Positions 20,250-30,197 of a DNA stretch of 64,000 nucleotides are shown piece after piece. The notes beneath the pieces are model-generated. The model had not been told where the DNA came from. It searched no databases and saw only the letters and a program-made list of their open reading frames with translations. A program made the translations under genes and the position numbers. The stretch comes from an uncultured Rivularia sp. (lineage in GTDB: Bacteria > Cyanobacteriota > Cyanobacteriia > Cyanobacteriales > Nostocaceae), in NCBI GenBank assembly GCA_963665115.1, contig OY762007.1, positions 3,136,001-3,200,000 of the forward strand, read 5' to 3'. Every line of letters starts with the position of its first letter. Within the stretch, counting starts at the first letter, position 1.

Positions 20250-21569
20250 ATGAATCAGCAATCTATCTCAGAAGTTCTCGAACGGGAGAAATCATCCCCC
20301 TCTCATAGATTCCAGTTATTTTTAGCTGGTTCAATTATCTTACTGGCTGGTGTGGGAATTGGTAAATTTGCTGGTATTGAGTCAAGTAATCCTCCGGTTC
20401 AAGCTCAAGCAAAAAAAGCAACACCACTTCCGGTTAAAACAACTAAAATTCAATTAGTTAATAATTATCAAACAACGCAAAGTTATACGGGAGAAGTAGT
20501 AGCGAAACGGACTAGCGAAGTTGGTTTTGAACGTGGTGGAAAGTTAGTAGAAGTCTTGGTGGATGACGGAGATAAGGTTCGTAAAGGAGCGGTATTAGCG
20601 AAATTAGATACAGCGAATTTACAAGCACAACGTCAGTCTTTGGTTGCTCAAAAAGCACAAGCAGAAGCGAAACTGGTAGAACTGAAAAACGGTGCTAGAA
20701 AAGAGCAAATTGCAGCAGCGAGAGCTAGAGTTCGGGATTTAGAAAAACAATTAAAATTAGAACGGTTGAAGAGCAATAGACGAAAATATCTTTACGAGCA
20801 GGGAGCGATTTCTAAGGAACAATTCGATGAAGTTGCTTTTAATTCTCAAGCTTTATCGGAGCGTTTGAATAATGCTAGAAGTGGTTTGGAAGAATTGGTC
20901 AACGGGACTCGTTACGAACAAAAAGCAGCGCAAAAAGCAGCAGTTGACCAATTATCGGCTGAAATTACCAATTTAGATATTACTATTGCCAAAAGCATTT
21001 TGAAAGCTCCTTTTTCTGGGACAATTGGACTTCGTTCTGCTGATGAAGGGATGGTGATTGATGCTGGTAAATCGATAGTACGTTTAGTTGAAGATAGTAA
21101 ACCAGAAGTAAAAATCGGGGTTCCGATTAATATTGCGAGAAAATTAGTATCTGGTACTCAGCAAGAATTAGAAATTGGGGGAAAAAACTATTCTGCTAGA
21201 GTAAAGTCAATTTTACCGGAAGTTGATGCAGCTACTCGAACTCGGACGGTTATTTTACAGTTAGAATCAACTGCAAAAGTTTCTCCAAGAGAAATTGCTC
21301 GTTTCAAAATTGCTCAAAACGTCGCGACTGAAGGTTATTGGCTACCGATTACAGCATTAGTAAAAGGCGATCGCGGTTTGTGGTCATGTTATGCGGTTAT
21401 TGATGAAAATGGTAATTCAAAAGTCGAACGTAGATTAATAGAAGTATTAGAAACTGATGGGAAAAGAGTTTTAGTTAGAGGAACAATTCAAGCGGGAGAC
21501 GCGATTGTTATTGATGGTACTCAAAGACTTGTTCCGGGACAATTGGTGAGTAAAGGAAGTGGGGAGTAG
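20250..21569 (+). CDS. RND efflux periplasmic adaptor (membrane fusion protein)
   Basis: N-terminal TM; lipoyl half-motifs VDDGDKVRKG and LKAPFSG; coiled-coil hairpin. Confidence 0.9.
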   Translation: MNQQSISEVLEREKSSPSHRFQLFLAGSIILLAGVGIGKFAGIESSNPPVQAQAKKATPLPVKTTKIQLVNNYQTTQSYTGEVVAKRTSEVGFERGGKLVEVLVDDGDKVRKGAVLAKLDTANLQAQRQSLVAQKAQAEAKLVELKNGARKEQIAAARARVRDLEKQLKLERLKSNRRKYLYEQGAISKEQFDEVAFNSQALSERLNNARSGLEELVNGTRYEQKAAQKAAVDQLSAEITNLDITIAKSILKAPFSGTIGLRSADEGMVIDAGKSIVRLVEDSKPEVKIGVPINIARKLVSGTQQELEIGGKNYSARVKSILPEVDAATRTRTVILQLESTAKVSPREIARFKIAQNVATEGYWLPITALVKGDRGLWSCYAVIDENGNSKVERRLIEVLETDGKRVLVRGTIQAGDAIVIDGTQRLVPGQLVSKGSGE

Positions 21570-21589
21570 TAAGAAGAACTTTAATAGTA

Positions 21590-21940
21590 TTATGAATTTT
21601 CTCCTAACTGACGTTTGAGTTGAGCAATTTCTTTCTCAACATTAGCTAATCTTTCGACTATATTTAAACGTTCTGAATCAGCAGATTGATGATAACCATA
21701 AAACTGATTAAATTTTTCTCTTTGGTCTACTGTTAATTTAGCTACTTCTACAACTAAATTTCTGATTTCGTCTTTTAAACTACTGATATCTTCTCGGTCG
21801 TTTCTAATTAATTCTGCATTTTCTTGAATATAGGACTCCAACCTAGCTATATTATCTGTATTTCTAATTTGACTTTCCTGTATCTGTCTTTGAACGGCTA
21901 ACATTTGTTGAATAGTGTTTTGAATTTCTTCTGGTGTCAT
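21590..21940 (-). CDS. Small coiled-coil hypothetical protein
   Basis: 116 aa ATG-started ORF with heptad pattern, antisense between the RND genes. Confidence 0.65.
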   Translation of the reverse strand: MTPEEIQNTIQQMLAVQRQIQESQIRNTDNIARLESYIQENAELIRNDREDISSLKDEIRNLVVEVAKLTVDQREKFNQFYGYHQSADSERLNIVERLANVEKEIAQLKRQLGENS

Positions 21941-22073
21941 AGTTAGTTGTAATAATCTTATTAATTAATTCTATCAAATTTTAAAAGATAAATATAGTAA
22001 CGCATTATTTTTAAAACTTTGATTGGTGCGTTACGGCAATGCCCAATTCCCTATCCCCAATGCCCAAAATACG

Positions 22074-25000
22074 ATGTTTACCCTATTCTATCGAAATTCT
22101 CGCTTACTAATTCTAACTATTATCTTAATTGCTGTTTGGGGAATTTCTTCTTATTTCACTTTACCAAGATTAGAAGACCCAGAATTAGTTTCTCGTACTG
22201 CTGTAGTTAGTACTTTTTTTCCTGGTGCTGATGCAGAAAGGGTAGAAGCTTTAATAACTGAAAAAATCGAAGAGAAACTGACAGAAATTGAAGAAATTGA
22301 TAATTATAAATCTACTTCCCGTACTAGTAGCTCTATTATTACTGTTAATTTACAAGATACTGTTAGCAAACAAGAAGTAGATTCGGTTTGGACGCGGATT
22401 AGAAATAAACTTGATGAAGTACAAATAGAGTTACCAGCTAATATTATTGAGCCAGAATTAGAAGCAGCAAAAGTAAAAGCCTATGCTTTAATTGCTGGTT
22501 TGACTTGGGAACAGGATGATAAACCTAATTATGCAATTTTACGTCGGCAAGCAGAAGTTTTTAAAGAACGTTTAGAAGCAATATCGGGAACTGAAGAAGT
22601 AGAAATTTTTGGTGAGCCGAAAGAGGAAATTATTGTCGAAATTAATCCCGAGGCTTTGGCTAGTTACAATTTAACAGCAAGAGAATTGTCACAACAAATT
22701 TCTCAAAGTGATTCTAAGATTTCAGCAGGACAATTACGCGATAAAGATAATAATTTATTAATTCAAGTTGCGGGAGAACTGGATACTTTAGCAAGAATCA
22801 GACAAATTCCGATTAATTTTGGTAGTCAAGGTCAATTTGTGACTTTACAAAATATCGCTACTGTTAGTAAGGGAATTAAGGAACCATTCACCGAAATTGC
22901 ATTATTTAACGGTCATCCTGCTGTTGCTTTAGCGGTTCACGTTCAGTCGGGAAGCAGATTGGATTTATGGTCGAAAGTTGCTGAGAAAAAGATAGCTGAA
23001 TTTCAATCTGAATTACCTAGCAGTATTGGTTTACCGATTATTTTTGCTCAAAGTAGTTATGTTGAGGAAAGATTAAATAGCTTAATTTCTAATCTCTTAT
23101 TAGGTGCGGCTTTAGTATTTGGTGTAACTGTAATGATGATGGGTTGGAAGAGTGCTTTAATCGTTAGTTCTGCTCTACCTTTATCGGTATTTATGGTGTT
23201 TGGTTGGATGAATTGGTTAAATATTTCCCTGCATCAAATGTCGATTACGGGATTGATTGTTGCTTTGGGAATTTTAATTGATAATGCAATCGTGATGGTA
23301 GATGAAGTACAAAATGAATTACGCAAGGGACTGAAAGCTAAGGCAGCGATAAATCATAGCATTCAAAATTTAGCAATTCCCCTATTAAGTTCGACATTAA
23401 CAACTGTTTTAGCATTTTTACCAATTGCATTATTACCTGGGGGTGTAGGGGAATTCGTCAGCACAATTGCGATTACCGTTATTATTGCTGTCTGCTGTTC
23501 TTTGTTTATTTCGTTAACGATTATTCCTACTTTTACTGCTCAATTACATCGGTATCGGGATAGTAAACAAGACAATAGCAAAAATCGGTCTTGGCTAGAA
23601 AATGGTATTTTTATTCCAATTTTAAATCAGTTGTATCGACGTACAGTAAAATTCACAATAGCTAAACCAGTTTTATCAATATTCCTAGCTTTATTAATTC
23701 CAATTATCGGTTTTATTCAAGCTGGTAGTCTCGAACAACAATTTTTTCCCGCAGCAGATAGAGATCAACTGCAAATTCAACTAGAGTTACCTGCTTCAGC
23801 TTCTTTAACAAAAACTCAAAATTTAATTAAACAAGTTCGCCAACAAATTATAGATAATCCAGAAGTTAATGATGTTCATTGGTTATTAGGTCGCAGTATT
23901 CCCCGTTTTTACTACAACTTGACTGGTGGAAAACAGCAACAATCTAATTACGCTCAAGCATTAGTACAATTAAATTCTCTTACTTCCAGCGAGCTAACCA
24001 AAAAATTACAAACCGAACTAAATAAAACATTTCCTTCAGCAAGAATTATTGTTAGACAATTAGAACAGGGACCTCCTTTTGCTGCACCAATTGAAATGCG
24101 GATTTATGGTTCTAATTTGGAAACTTTGCAATCATTAGGAGAAAAAGCTAGACAATCTTTAGTACAAATTGAAGATATTACTCATACCCGTGCGAGCTTG
24201 GATGAAATTCAACCACAAATAGAATTCCAAATAGATGAAGAACAAGCACGTCTAGCAGGATTAAATCGGACAACTATTGCTCAACAATTGGATAATTCCT
24301 TAGAAGGTGTAATTGGTGGTTCAATATTAGAAGGAAACGAAGAATTACCCGTTAGAGTTCGTTTGGGGAATCAAGAAAGAGGAAATTTATCACAAATTAC
24401 TTCCTTAGATTTATTAGCAAATTCGAGTATTAATAGAAAAGGAAATAATCCCCTCGCTGCTGTTCCTCTTTCTTCCTTGGGTAAAGTTGAACTAAAACCA
24501 GAACTTGCTCAAATTACTCACTATAACGGACAAAGAGTTAATACAGTTCAAGGTTTTCTTAATGCTGGAGTTTTACCAGCAGAGATTTTAAATCAATTTC
24601 AAGCCAAATTAGAAAATAACAAATTTACCTTACCTCCCGGTTACAAATTTGAATTTGGTGGAGAGCAAGAAGAAAGAAACGATGCTGTAGGTGGTTTAGT
24701 TTCCACCGTAGGAGTTTTGATTATTCTGATGATAGCGACATTAGTACTTTCCCTGGGTTCGTTTCAACTTGCAGGTGTTATCGGAATAGTTGCGATCGCA
24801 TCATTTGGTTTGGGTTTATTTTCCATCTGGTTATTTGACTATCCCTTCGGTTTCAACCCAATTATCGGTTCGGTGGGTTTAATTGGTGTTGCTGTTAACG
24901 ACTCGATTGTCGTACTCAGCGCGATTTCCAATCATCCCATAGCAAAAACCGGGAATCCCAAAGCAATTCAAAAAGTAGTTTTACACTCGACTCGTCACGT

Positions 25001-25220
25001 ACTAACGACAACACTAACAACCGCTATCGGATTTGTTCCATTATTGTTATCTGGTGGGGAATTTTGGCCACCTTTAGCTGTGGCGATCGCCGGTGGTGTG
25101 GTTGGTGCGACTTTGCTTGCTCTTTATTTCGTTCCTGCTGCTTATTATTTGATTAAAACTCGGTTTGGGAAGAATCGGGTTTCAATGAGTAAGATGGTGA
25201 TTCATAAAGTTAAGCAGTGA
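22074..25220 (+). CDS. RND efflux permease (AcrB/AcrD/AcrF family)
   Basis: ~1050 aa; LGILIDNAIVMVD and VAVNDSIV motifs; start taken at ATG 22074. Confidence 0.93.
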   Translation: MFTLFYRNSRLLILTIILIAVWGISSYFTLPRLEDPELVSRTAVVSTFFPGADAERVEALITEKIEEKLTEIEEIDNYKSTSRTSSSIITVNLQDTVSKQEVDSVWTRIRNKLDEVQIELPANIIEPELEAAKVKAYALIAGLTWEQDDKPNYAILRRQAEVFKERLEAISGTEEVEIFGEPKEEIIVEINPEALASYNLTARELSQQISQSDSKISAGQLRDKDNNLLIQVAGELDTLARIRQIPINFGSQGQFVTLQNIATVSKGIKEPFTEIALFNGHPAVALAVHVQSGSRLDLWSKVAEKKIAEFQSELPSSIGLPIIFAQSSYVEERLNSLISNLLLGAALVFGVTVMMMGWKSALIVSSALPLSVFMVFGWMNWLNISLHQMSITGLIVALGILIDNAIVMVDEVQNELRKGLKAKAAINHSIQNLAIPLLSSTLTTVLAFLPIALLPGGVGEFVSTIAITVIIAVCCSLFISLTIIPTFTAQLHRYRDSKQDNSKNRSWLENGIFIPILNQLYRRTVKFTIAKPVLSIFLALLIPIIGFIQAGSLEQQFFPAADRDQLQIQLELPASASLTKTQNLIKQVRQQIIDNPEVNDVHWLLGRSIPRFYYNLTGGKQQQSNYAQALVQLNSLTSSELTKKLQTELNKTFPSARIIVRQLEQGPPFAAPIEMRIYGSNLETLQSLGEKARQSLVQIEDITHTRASLDEIQPQIEFQIDEEQARLAGLNRTTIAQQLDNSLEGVIGGSILEGNEELPVRVRLGNQERGNLSQITSLDLLANSSINRKGNNPLAAVPLSSLGKVELKPELAQITHYNGQRVNTVQGFLNAGVLPAEILNQFQAKLENNKFTLPPGYKFEFGGEQEERNDAVGGLVSTVGVLIILMIATLVLSLGSFQLAGVIGIVAIASFGLGLFSIWLFDYPFGFNPIIGSVGLIGVAVNDSIVVLSAISNHPIAKTGNPKAIQKVVLHSTRHVLTTTLTTAIGFVPLLLSGGEFWPPLAVAIAGGVVGATLLALYFVPAAYYLIKTRFGKNRVSMSKMVIHKVKQ

Positions 25221-25241
25221 ATATCGCAGGGAACGAGATTT

Positions 25242-25784
25242 ATGAAGAAAGATTTGTCAGTTTCAATTCTAAAGGCAAATATGTATGGTTTTATTGCAAC
25301 ACTTCCATCTATTCTAATTTTAGTTGAACTAAGTATTTATGTATGGGAATGGGGTAATTATCTTGATAATTTATTGAGTTTATCTTTTCAAAATATTCTT
25401 TTATTAACCTTGGTACTTTTTATAGAATATATACTTCATGTATTAATTCAAGGACGAACCTGGAAATTTTTTGGAAACACGACAGCAAATGCTATTAAAT
25501 ATAGTATTAATAGGTCAAATAGAGCAATTTATGTATATTGCAAAGAACCAATAGAGCTTAAAACTTATAGGTTAGGTATAGTCATGCCTGTTATTATAGT
25601 AGGGCTTCTACCAACACTTTTAGGAATTTTGATAGGCAATCCTTTTATTTTTTTATTTGGTTTATTTGGTATAGTATTCGCAAATGAAGACATTGCAGTT
25701 CTGTGGTTATTGAGAAATGTTAAAGCTGGTTTGCTAGTTGAAGACCATCCAAAAAGAGCGGGATGTTACGTTATAGATAGCTGA
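25242..25784 (+). CDS. DUF3267-like membrane protein (zincin-like, degenerate motif)
   Basis: Several TM helices, C-terminal VEDHPKRAGC; HExxH position reads HVLIQ. Confidence 0.65.
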   Translation: MKKDLSVSILKANMYGFIATLPSILILVELSIYVWEWGNYLDNLLSLSFQNILLLTLVLFIEYILHVLIQGRTWKFFGNTTANAIKYSINRSNRAIYVYCKEPIELKTYRLGIVMPVIIVGLLPTLLGILIGNPFIFLFGLFGIVFANEDIAVLWLLRNVKAGLLVEDHPKRAGCYVIDS

Positions 25785-25797
25785 AAAAGTATTCATG

Positions 25798-26289
25798 CTA
25801 TGAATCAACTAACGCTTTCCGAAAAATAATCTTATCATCACCAGCTTTATAATAATCCCGAATTCTCGCTTCTTCTTCATACCCTTGTTTACGATAAAAC
25901 TTCCGTGTCATCTCAAAATTTGGTAAACCAGAAGTTTCCACCAATAACAATCTTTCCCCTTGCTCTGTTAAAGTTTTCTCAACATAATTAACTATTGCAG
26001 AACCATAACCTTTCCCCTGAGACTTGGGATGAACTGCAATAAAATACATATTATAAACACCTGAAGCATATTGTTCCGGAGCAAAATACGCTACTCCCAC
26101 CACTCCACCATCTTCACAAACAACCCAATCATGACCTTCACCAAGACTACCTTCAAAATATCCAGCTAACATACCACCAAGTTCTTCAAGTTCTTCCCCT
26201 TCAAACAAACCAATTGCTTCAGCTAAATTCATTATTGTATCGGTATCATCGGGTTTAGCTTGTCGAATTGTTGCTGTGGTAATAGTCAT
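25798..26289 (-). CDS. GNAT N-acetyltransferase
   Basis: IAVHPKSQGKGYGS acetyl-CoA motif; RKFYRKQGY. Confidence 0.9.
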   Translation of the reverse strand: MTITTATIRQAKPDDTDTIMNLAEAIGLFEGEELEELGGMLAGYFEGSLGEGHDWVVCEDGGVVGVAYFAPEQYASGVYNMYFIAVHPKSQGKGYGSAIVNYVEKTLTEQGERLLLVETSGLPNFEMTRKFYRKQGYEEEARIRDYYKAGDDKIIFRKALVDS

Positions 26290-26333
26290 AGGTTTTAGTT
26301 TTAGTTTGAATTGAACAATACTACACGAAATAT

Positions 26334-26396
26334 TCAATCCTGCTGAAACGTCCGAATTAAAAGTCCCGTTTGTTTTGCTAGTTCACCAATCTTCAT
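26334..26396 (-). pseudogene. Remnant of a MerR-family regulator N-terminus
   Basis: Translates MKIGELAKQTGLLIRTFQQD*, the typical MerR HTH start, then stops. Confidence 0.6.
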
Positions 26397-26571
26397 AGCT
26401 TCACACATCATCGCTTCACCAGAGAAATACGGTTGATGAATTCATCCTAGAAACCTGACATAACGTGATGAGCAAGGGGTGATTCTGTAAAAATTTAGTA
26501 GAACCCATGTACTATTGGCTTGATTAAGCTTATTATGTAAACGGTTGTTATTATCACAAAGCAGTTTAACA

Positions 26572-27576
26572 ATGTCCGATTTAACAAACGCTCTAGACCG
26601 AATTTTAGATTGGTTCCAAAACAATAAACCTTCTACTATTGATTCTCTACAACCTGGATTAACCACCGAAGAAATAGAATCAAAAGTTAAAGATTTACCA
26701 TTTCGATTAACTCAAGAAGTTTACGAACTTTATCAATGGAGAAATGGGATGATTGATGATGGAAGTTGCTTTTTTAGGTATTATCGCTTTCTTCCTTTAG
26801 AAGAAACAAACCTTTGTGAAGAAGCTTGGGGTTTATCGCTCCCTTTTGGTTGGTTTCCCCTGTTTGAATTTGAGGGAGAATTTTTTGCAGCAGTTGGTGC
26901 TGAAGAAAATACAGAAAATTCGCTTATTTTACATACATATGAAGGAATAGATATAATTTACAGAAGCTTGACTAATATGATGCTGTATATTGCAGAATGT
27001 TATGAAACAGGTGTTTATTATATAGGTGAATCAGGAGAACTAGAAGAAAATAGAATCGCAGCAAAAAATATCTTACTAAAATATAATCCAGAATTTCATT
27101 CTATACTTGAAGCTAGAACGGAGACTGTTAATAATCTTGATGGTTCTCAAGTAATAAATAAATATCATCCAGAGAGCAATATTCTTTTAGAAAGTAGAAT
27201 TATAGATAGAAAAGGTCATACTATTGAATCAAGTCAATACTTTAAAGGAAAATTATATGAACGTATCATATATAATCGCAAAATTGAAGGATTTTATGAT
27301 TATATATGTGAAGAACAATGGTTTAATGATTATGAAAAATATGAAAAATTTACGGTCAAATATCAATATAAATGTGTCGCTCCAAAAATAGAAAGAAAAT
27401 ATATCAATGGGGTATTAAAAAAAGAAATTATTCATCCTGACAAAAAACGCGATAATTTATTCTTAGTATTCGCTTTATTTTTAAGTATTTTTCAATTTAT
27501 CTTCAGCATCTTGTTTTTCATATATAATTCACTAAGGTATAAACAACAAAACAAAAATAATGCACCCCTGAATTAG
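26572..27576 (+). CDS. SMI1/KNR4 (SUKH) domain protein with C-terminal extension and TM helix
   Basis: MSDLTNALDRILDW...LQPGLTTEEI...LPFRLTQEVYELYQWRNG...WFPLF; hydrophobic C-terminus. Confidence 0.8.
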   Translation: MSDLTNALDRILDWFQNNKPSTIDSLQPGLTTEEIESKVKDLPFRLTQEVYELYQWRNGMIDDGSCFFRYYRFLPLEETNLCEEAWGLSLPFGWFPLFEFEGEFFAAVGAEENTENSLILHTYEGIDIIYRSLTNMMLYIAECYETGVYYIGESGELEENRIAAKNILLKYNPEFHSILEARTETVNNLDGSQVINKYHPESNILLESRIIDRKGHTIESSQYFKGKLYERIIYNRKIEGFYDYICEEQWFNDYEKYEKFTVKYQYKCVAPKIERKYINGVLKKEIIHPDKKRDNLFLVFALFLSIFQFIFSILFFIYNSLRYKQQNKNNAPLN

Positions 27577-27680
27577 TTCGTTTATAACGAGATGTACTGG
27601 TTTTTAAAAACCGCAGAGACGCAAAGTACGCAGAGGAAGAAAAGAGAGAAAGAGATAGTTAATTATTAACTGATAACTGT

Positions 27681-29141
27681 TTACTGTAATTCCACCATTT
27701 CCCGAATATTCCCTTTGACTCCACCAACACCTTGACGAAAATCTCTATCTTGCTGACTAATTAACATTGGTAATCCACCTTTAGCAGCTAAAACAATTAA
27801 AGCGCTGCGATTAATTTCTTGTCCTGGTAAACATTGAAAACGGAATTTCTGCAATAACATTGCTAATACAATCTTAATTTCCATCATCGCAAATCCCGCT
27901 CCAATACATTTACGAGAACCAGCGCTAAAGGGATTGTATTGAAAGTTATCAACTTCTAAAGTTTCCCAACGTTGGGGATTAAATTTTTGAGGTTCTGGGT
28001 AAATTTCGGGATTTTTATGAGTATGATAAATGCTCACCCAAACTTCGGTTCCTGTTGGTAATTCGTATCCTTCTAAAACGGTTTGTTGGGATGTAACCCG
28101 AGCATTCCAAGGTACTGGTGGTAATACCCGCATACTTTCTTTAATTACTTGCTCTAATAATGTTAATTGCTGTAATTGTTCGATTGTGGGTGCTTTTCCT
28201 TGTAATACTCCATCGAGTTCATCAAGTAAATCAGCAGCAATTTGTGGATGTTGGGAAAGTAAAAATAATGTCCAATTTAAAGCATTAGCGCTGGTTTCGT
28301 GTCCGGCAGCAAATATTACACTGACGTGTCCGAGTAATTCATCTTCGCTCAATGTCATTCCGGTTTCAGCGTCTCGTGCTTTAATTAACATCGAAAGCAC
28401 GTCTCCGGTATCGCTATCTGAAGCTTTTCGAGAGCGAATTATCTCTCTCATATCCTCATCTAACTCAGTCATTAAATTCATCATTCTGTAGAAAGGTAAA
28501 CCAGGTAAATCGAAAGGTAAAACCATTGTTATCGGATTACCTAATAAAATTCCAATTTTTTGTAAAAGTGCAGCGCTTTTACTACCTTTTTCTCCAATAT
28601 CAACACCAAATAATGTCTTGGAAGCTATTCTTAATGTCAATATTCGCATTAATTTGGCGATATTTGTGACTTGATTAACTTCTATTTGTTGACTAATTGA
28701 TTCCGTAATTTCTGTGAAAGTGTTGCAGTAAGACTCGATATGTTTTTGATGAAAAGCTGGCATTAATAGCTGACGATGACGACGGTGTTCGTCACTATTT
28801 ACACCAAATAATCCCACACCAAAATGTTTTAAAGGCTCCGTTCTGGGAGATTCATTTCGTCTGCTATAAAGTCCACCAGTTAAAGGATATTTATGATAAA
28901 TTTCATGTTGGGTTGCCACCTTTTGGACATTTGCAGCCCCATAAGTAAATACAGTACCGGGACAATTCGGTAGGGGAGAGTAAAGATTAGTTCCACCACC
29001 ACGAGCAAGGGAAACTAGATTGCCATATTTTTGAAATAGCTGACTGGTAAAACCCAGAGAATCTCCAACAAATTTTGATACTAATATAGTGCGTCCAAAT
29101 AATGGTAACGTTTTTGGACTGGGAACTGTTAATTTAGTCAT
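27681..29141 (-). CDS. Cytochrome P450
   Basis: AAGHETS (I-helix), KESMR (ExxR), FNPQRW, FSAGSRKCIG heme motif. Confidence 0.96.
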   Translation of the reverse strand: MTKLTVPSPKTLPLFGRTILVSKFVGDSLGFTSQLFQKYGNLVSLARGGGTNLYSPLPNCPGTVFTYGAANVQKVATQHEIYHKYPLTGGLYSRRNESPRTEPLKHFGVGLFGVNSDEHRRHRQLLMPAFHQKHIESYCNTFTEITESISQQIEVNQVTNIAKLMRILTLRIASKTLFGVDIGEKGSKSAALLQKIGILLGNPITMVLPFDLPGLPFYRMMNLMTELDEDMREIIRSRKASDSDTGDVLSMLIKARDAETGMTLSEDELLGHVSVIFAAGHETSANALNWTLFLLSQHPQIAADLLDELDGVLQGKAPTIEQLQQLTLLEQVIKESMRVLPPVPWNARVTSQQTVLEGYELPTGTEVWVSIYHTHKNPEIYPEPQKFNPQRWETLEVDNFQYNPFSAGSRKCIGAGFAMMEIKIVLAMLLQKFRFQCLPGQEINRSALIVLAAKGGLPMLISQQDRDFRQGVGGVKGNIREMVELQ

Positions 29142-29294
29142 TGTAAAAGGATTTACTGTAATTAGATGAATGCTAGTATCACAGTGAGATTTTTAATGTT
29201 TGTATTTGACTTTTACCTCTCCTTAATAAGGAGAGGGATGTCCGCAAGGACAGGGTGAGGTAAAATTTGTATTGCATCTCCATAAATTCTATAA

Positions 29295-30062
29295 ATGAAT
29301 TTCACCACACCCTTATACAACCTCAACCCTTTAACTCGTTTCTCGGATAAAGCCGAAAACTACACAAAATATCGTCCAACTTATCCAGATGCAGTTATTG
29401 ATAAAATCCTAGAAAACTTCACCTCACCAAATCAAATTCTAGCAGCCGATATTGGTGCTGGTACGGGAATTGCTGCGCGTCAATTAGCCGATAAAGGTGT
29501 AAATGTAATTGCTATCGAGCCAAATGCAGCGATGAGAGAAGCGGCTGAAAAACATCAAAATGTTGAATGGAAAAATGGAAGTGCAGAAGAAACTAATTTA
29601 CCAGATGCATCGGTTGATTTAATAACTTGTTTTCAAGCTTTTCACTGGTTTCAACCACAACCAACTTTATTAGAATTTAAACGGGTTTTGAAACCACAGG
29701 GAAGATTAGCAATTATATTTCAAGATTTAAATCGGGATGATAAATTTACCCAAGATTACTGGCAAATAATTAGTAAATCCGCAAATAATCGTCCACCAAC
29801 AGACTTTAGCTCTAAAATTGAACCCGTGAGAAAAAGTTCGGATTTTGAATATATTGATTGCTATAAATTTCCTTATCAACAAGAATTGGATTTACCAAGT
29901 TTAATTGGTCTTGCTAAAAGTGTTTCGTTTATATCTTCCGAAGAAACAGTACAAAAACAACTTGCTGACGATTTAGAAGATTTGTTTCAGCGCTTTTGTA
30001 ATTTAGATGGTTTCGTTTATCTTGTTTATCGTAATAGCGTACATTTGGCGACCATTACATAA
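29295..30062 (+). CDS. Class I SAM-dependent methyltransferase
   Basis: ADIGAGTG, AIEPN, QAFHWF. Confidence 0.92.
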   Translation: MNFTTPLYNLNPLTRFSDKAENYTKYRPTYPDAVIDKILENFTSPNQILAADIGAGTGIAARQLADKGVNVIAIEPNAAMREAAEKHQNVEWKNGSAEETNLPDASVDLITCFQAFHWFQPQPTLLEFKRVLKPQGRLAIIFQDLNRDDKFTQDYWQIISKSANNRPPTDFSSKIEPVRKSSDFEYIDCYKFPYQQELDLPSLIGLAKSVSFISSEETVQKQLADDLEDLFQRFCNLDGFVYLVYRNSVHLATIT

Positions 30063-30197
30063 ATATATTTTACCTCACCCCGCCTTCGGCACCCCTCTCC
30101 TTGATAAGGAGAGGGGAAGGGAGTTCCATACACCCCTCTCCTTGATAAGGAGAGGGGAAGGGGGTGAGGTTTACCGAAGTGTTTATATTATTTGCAA

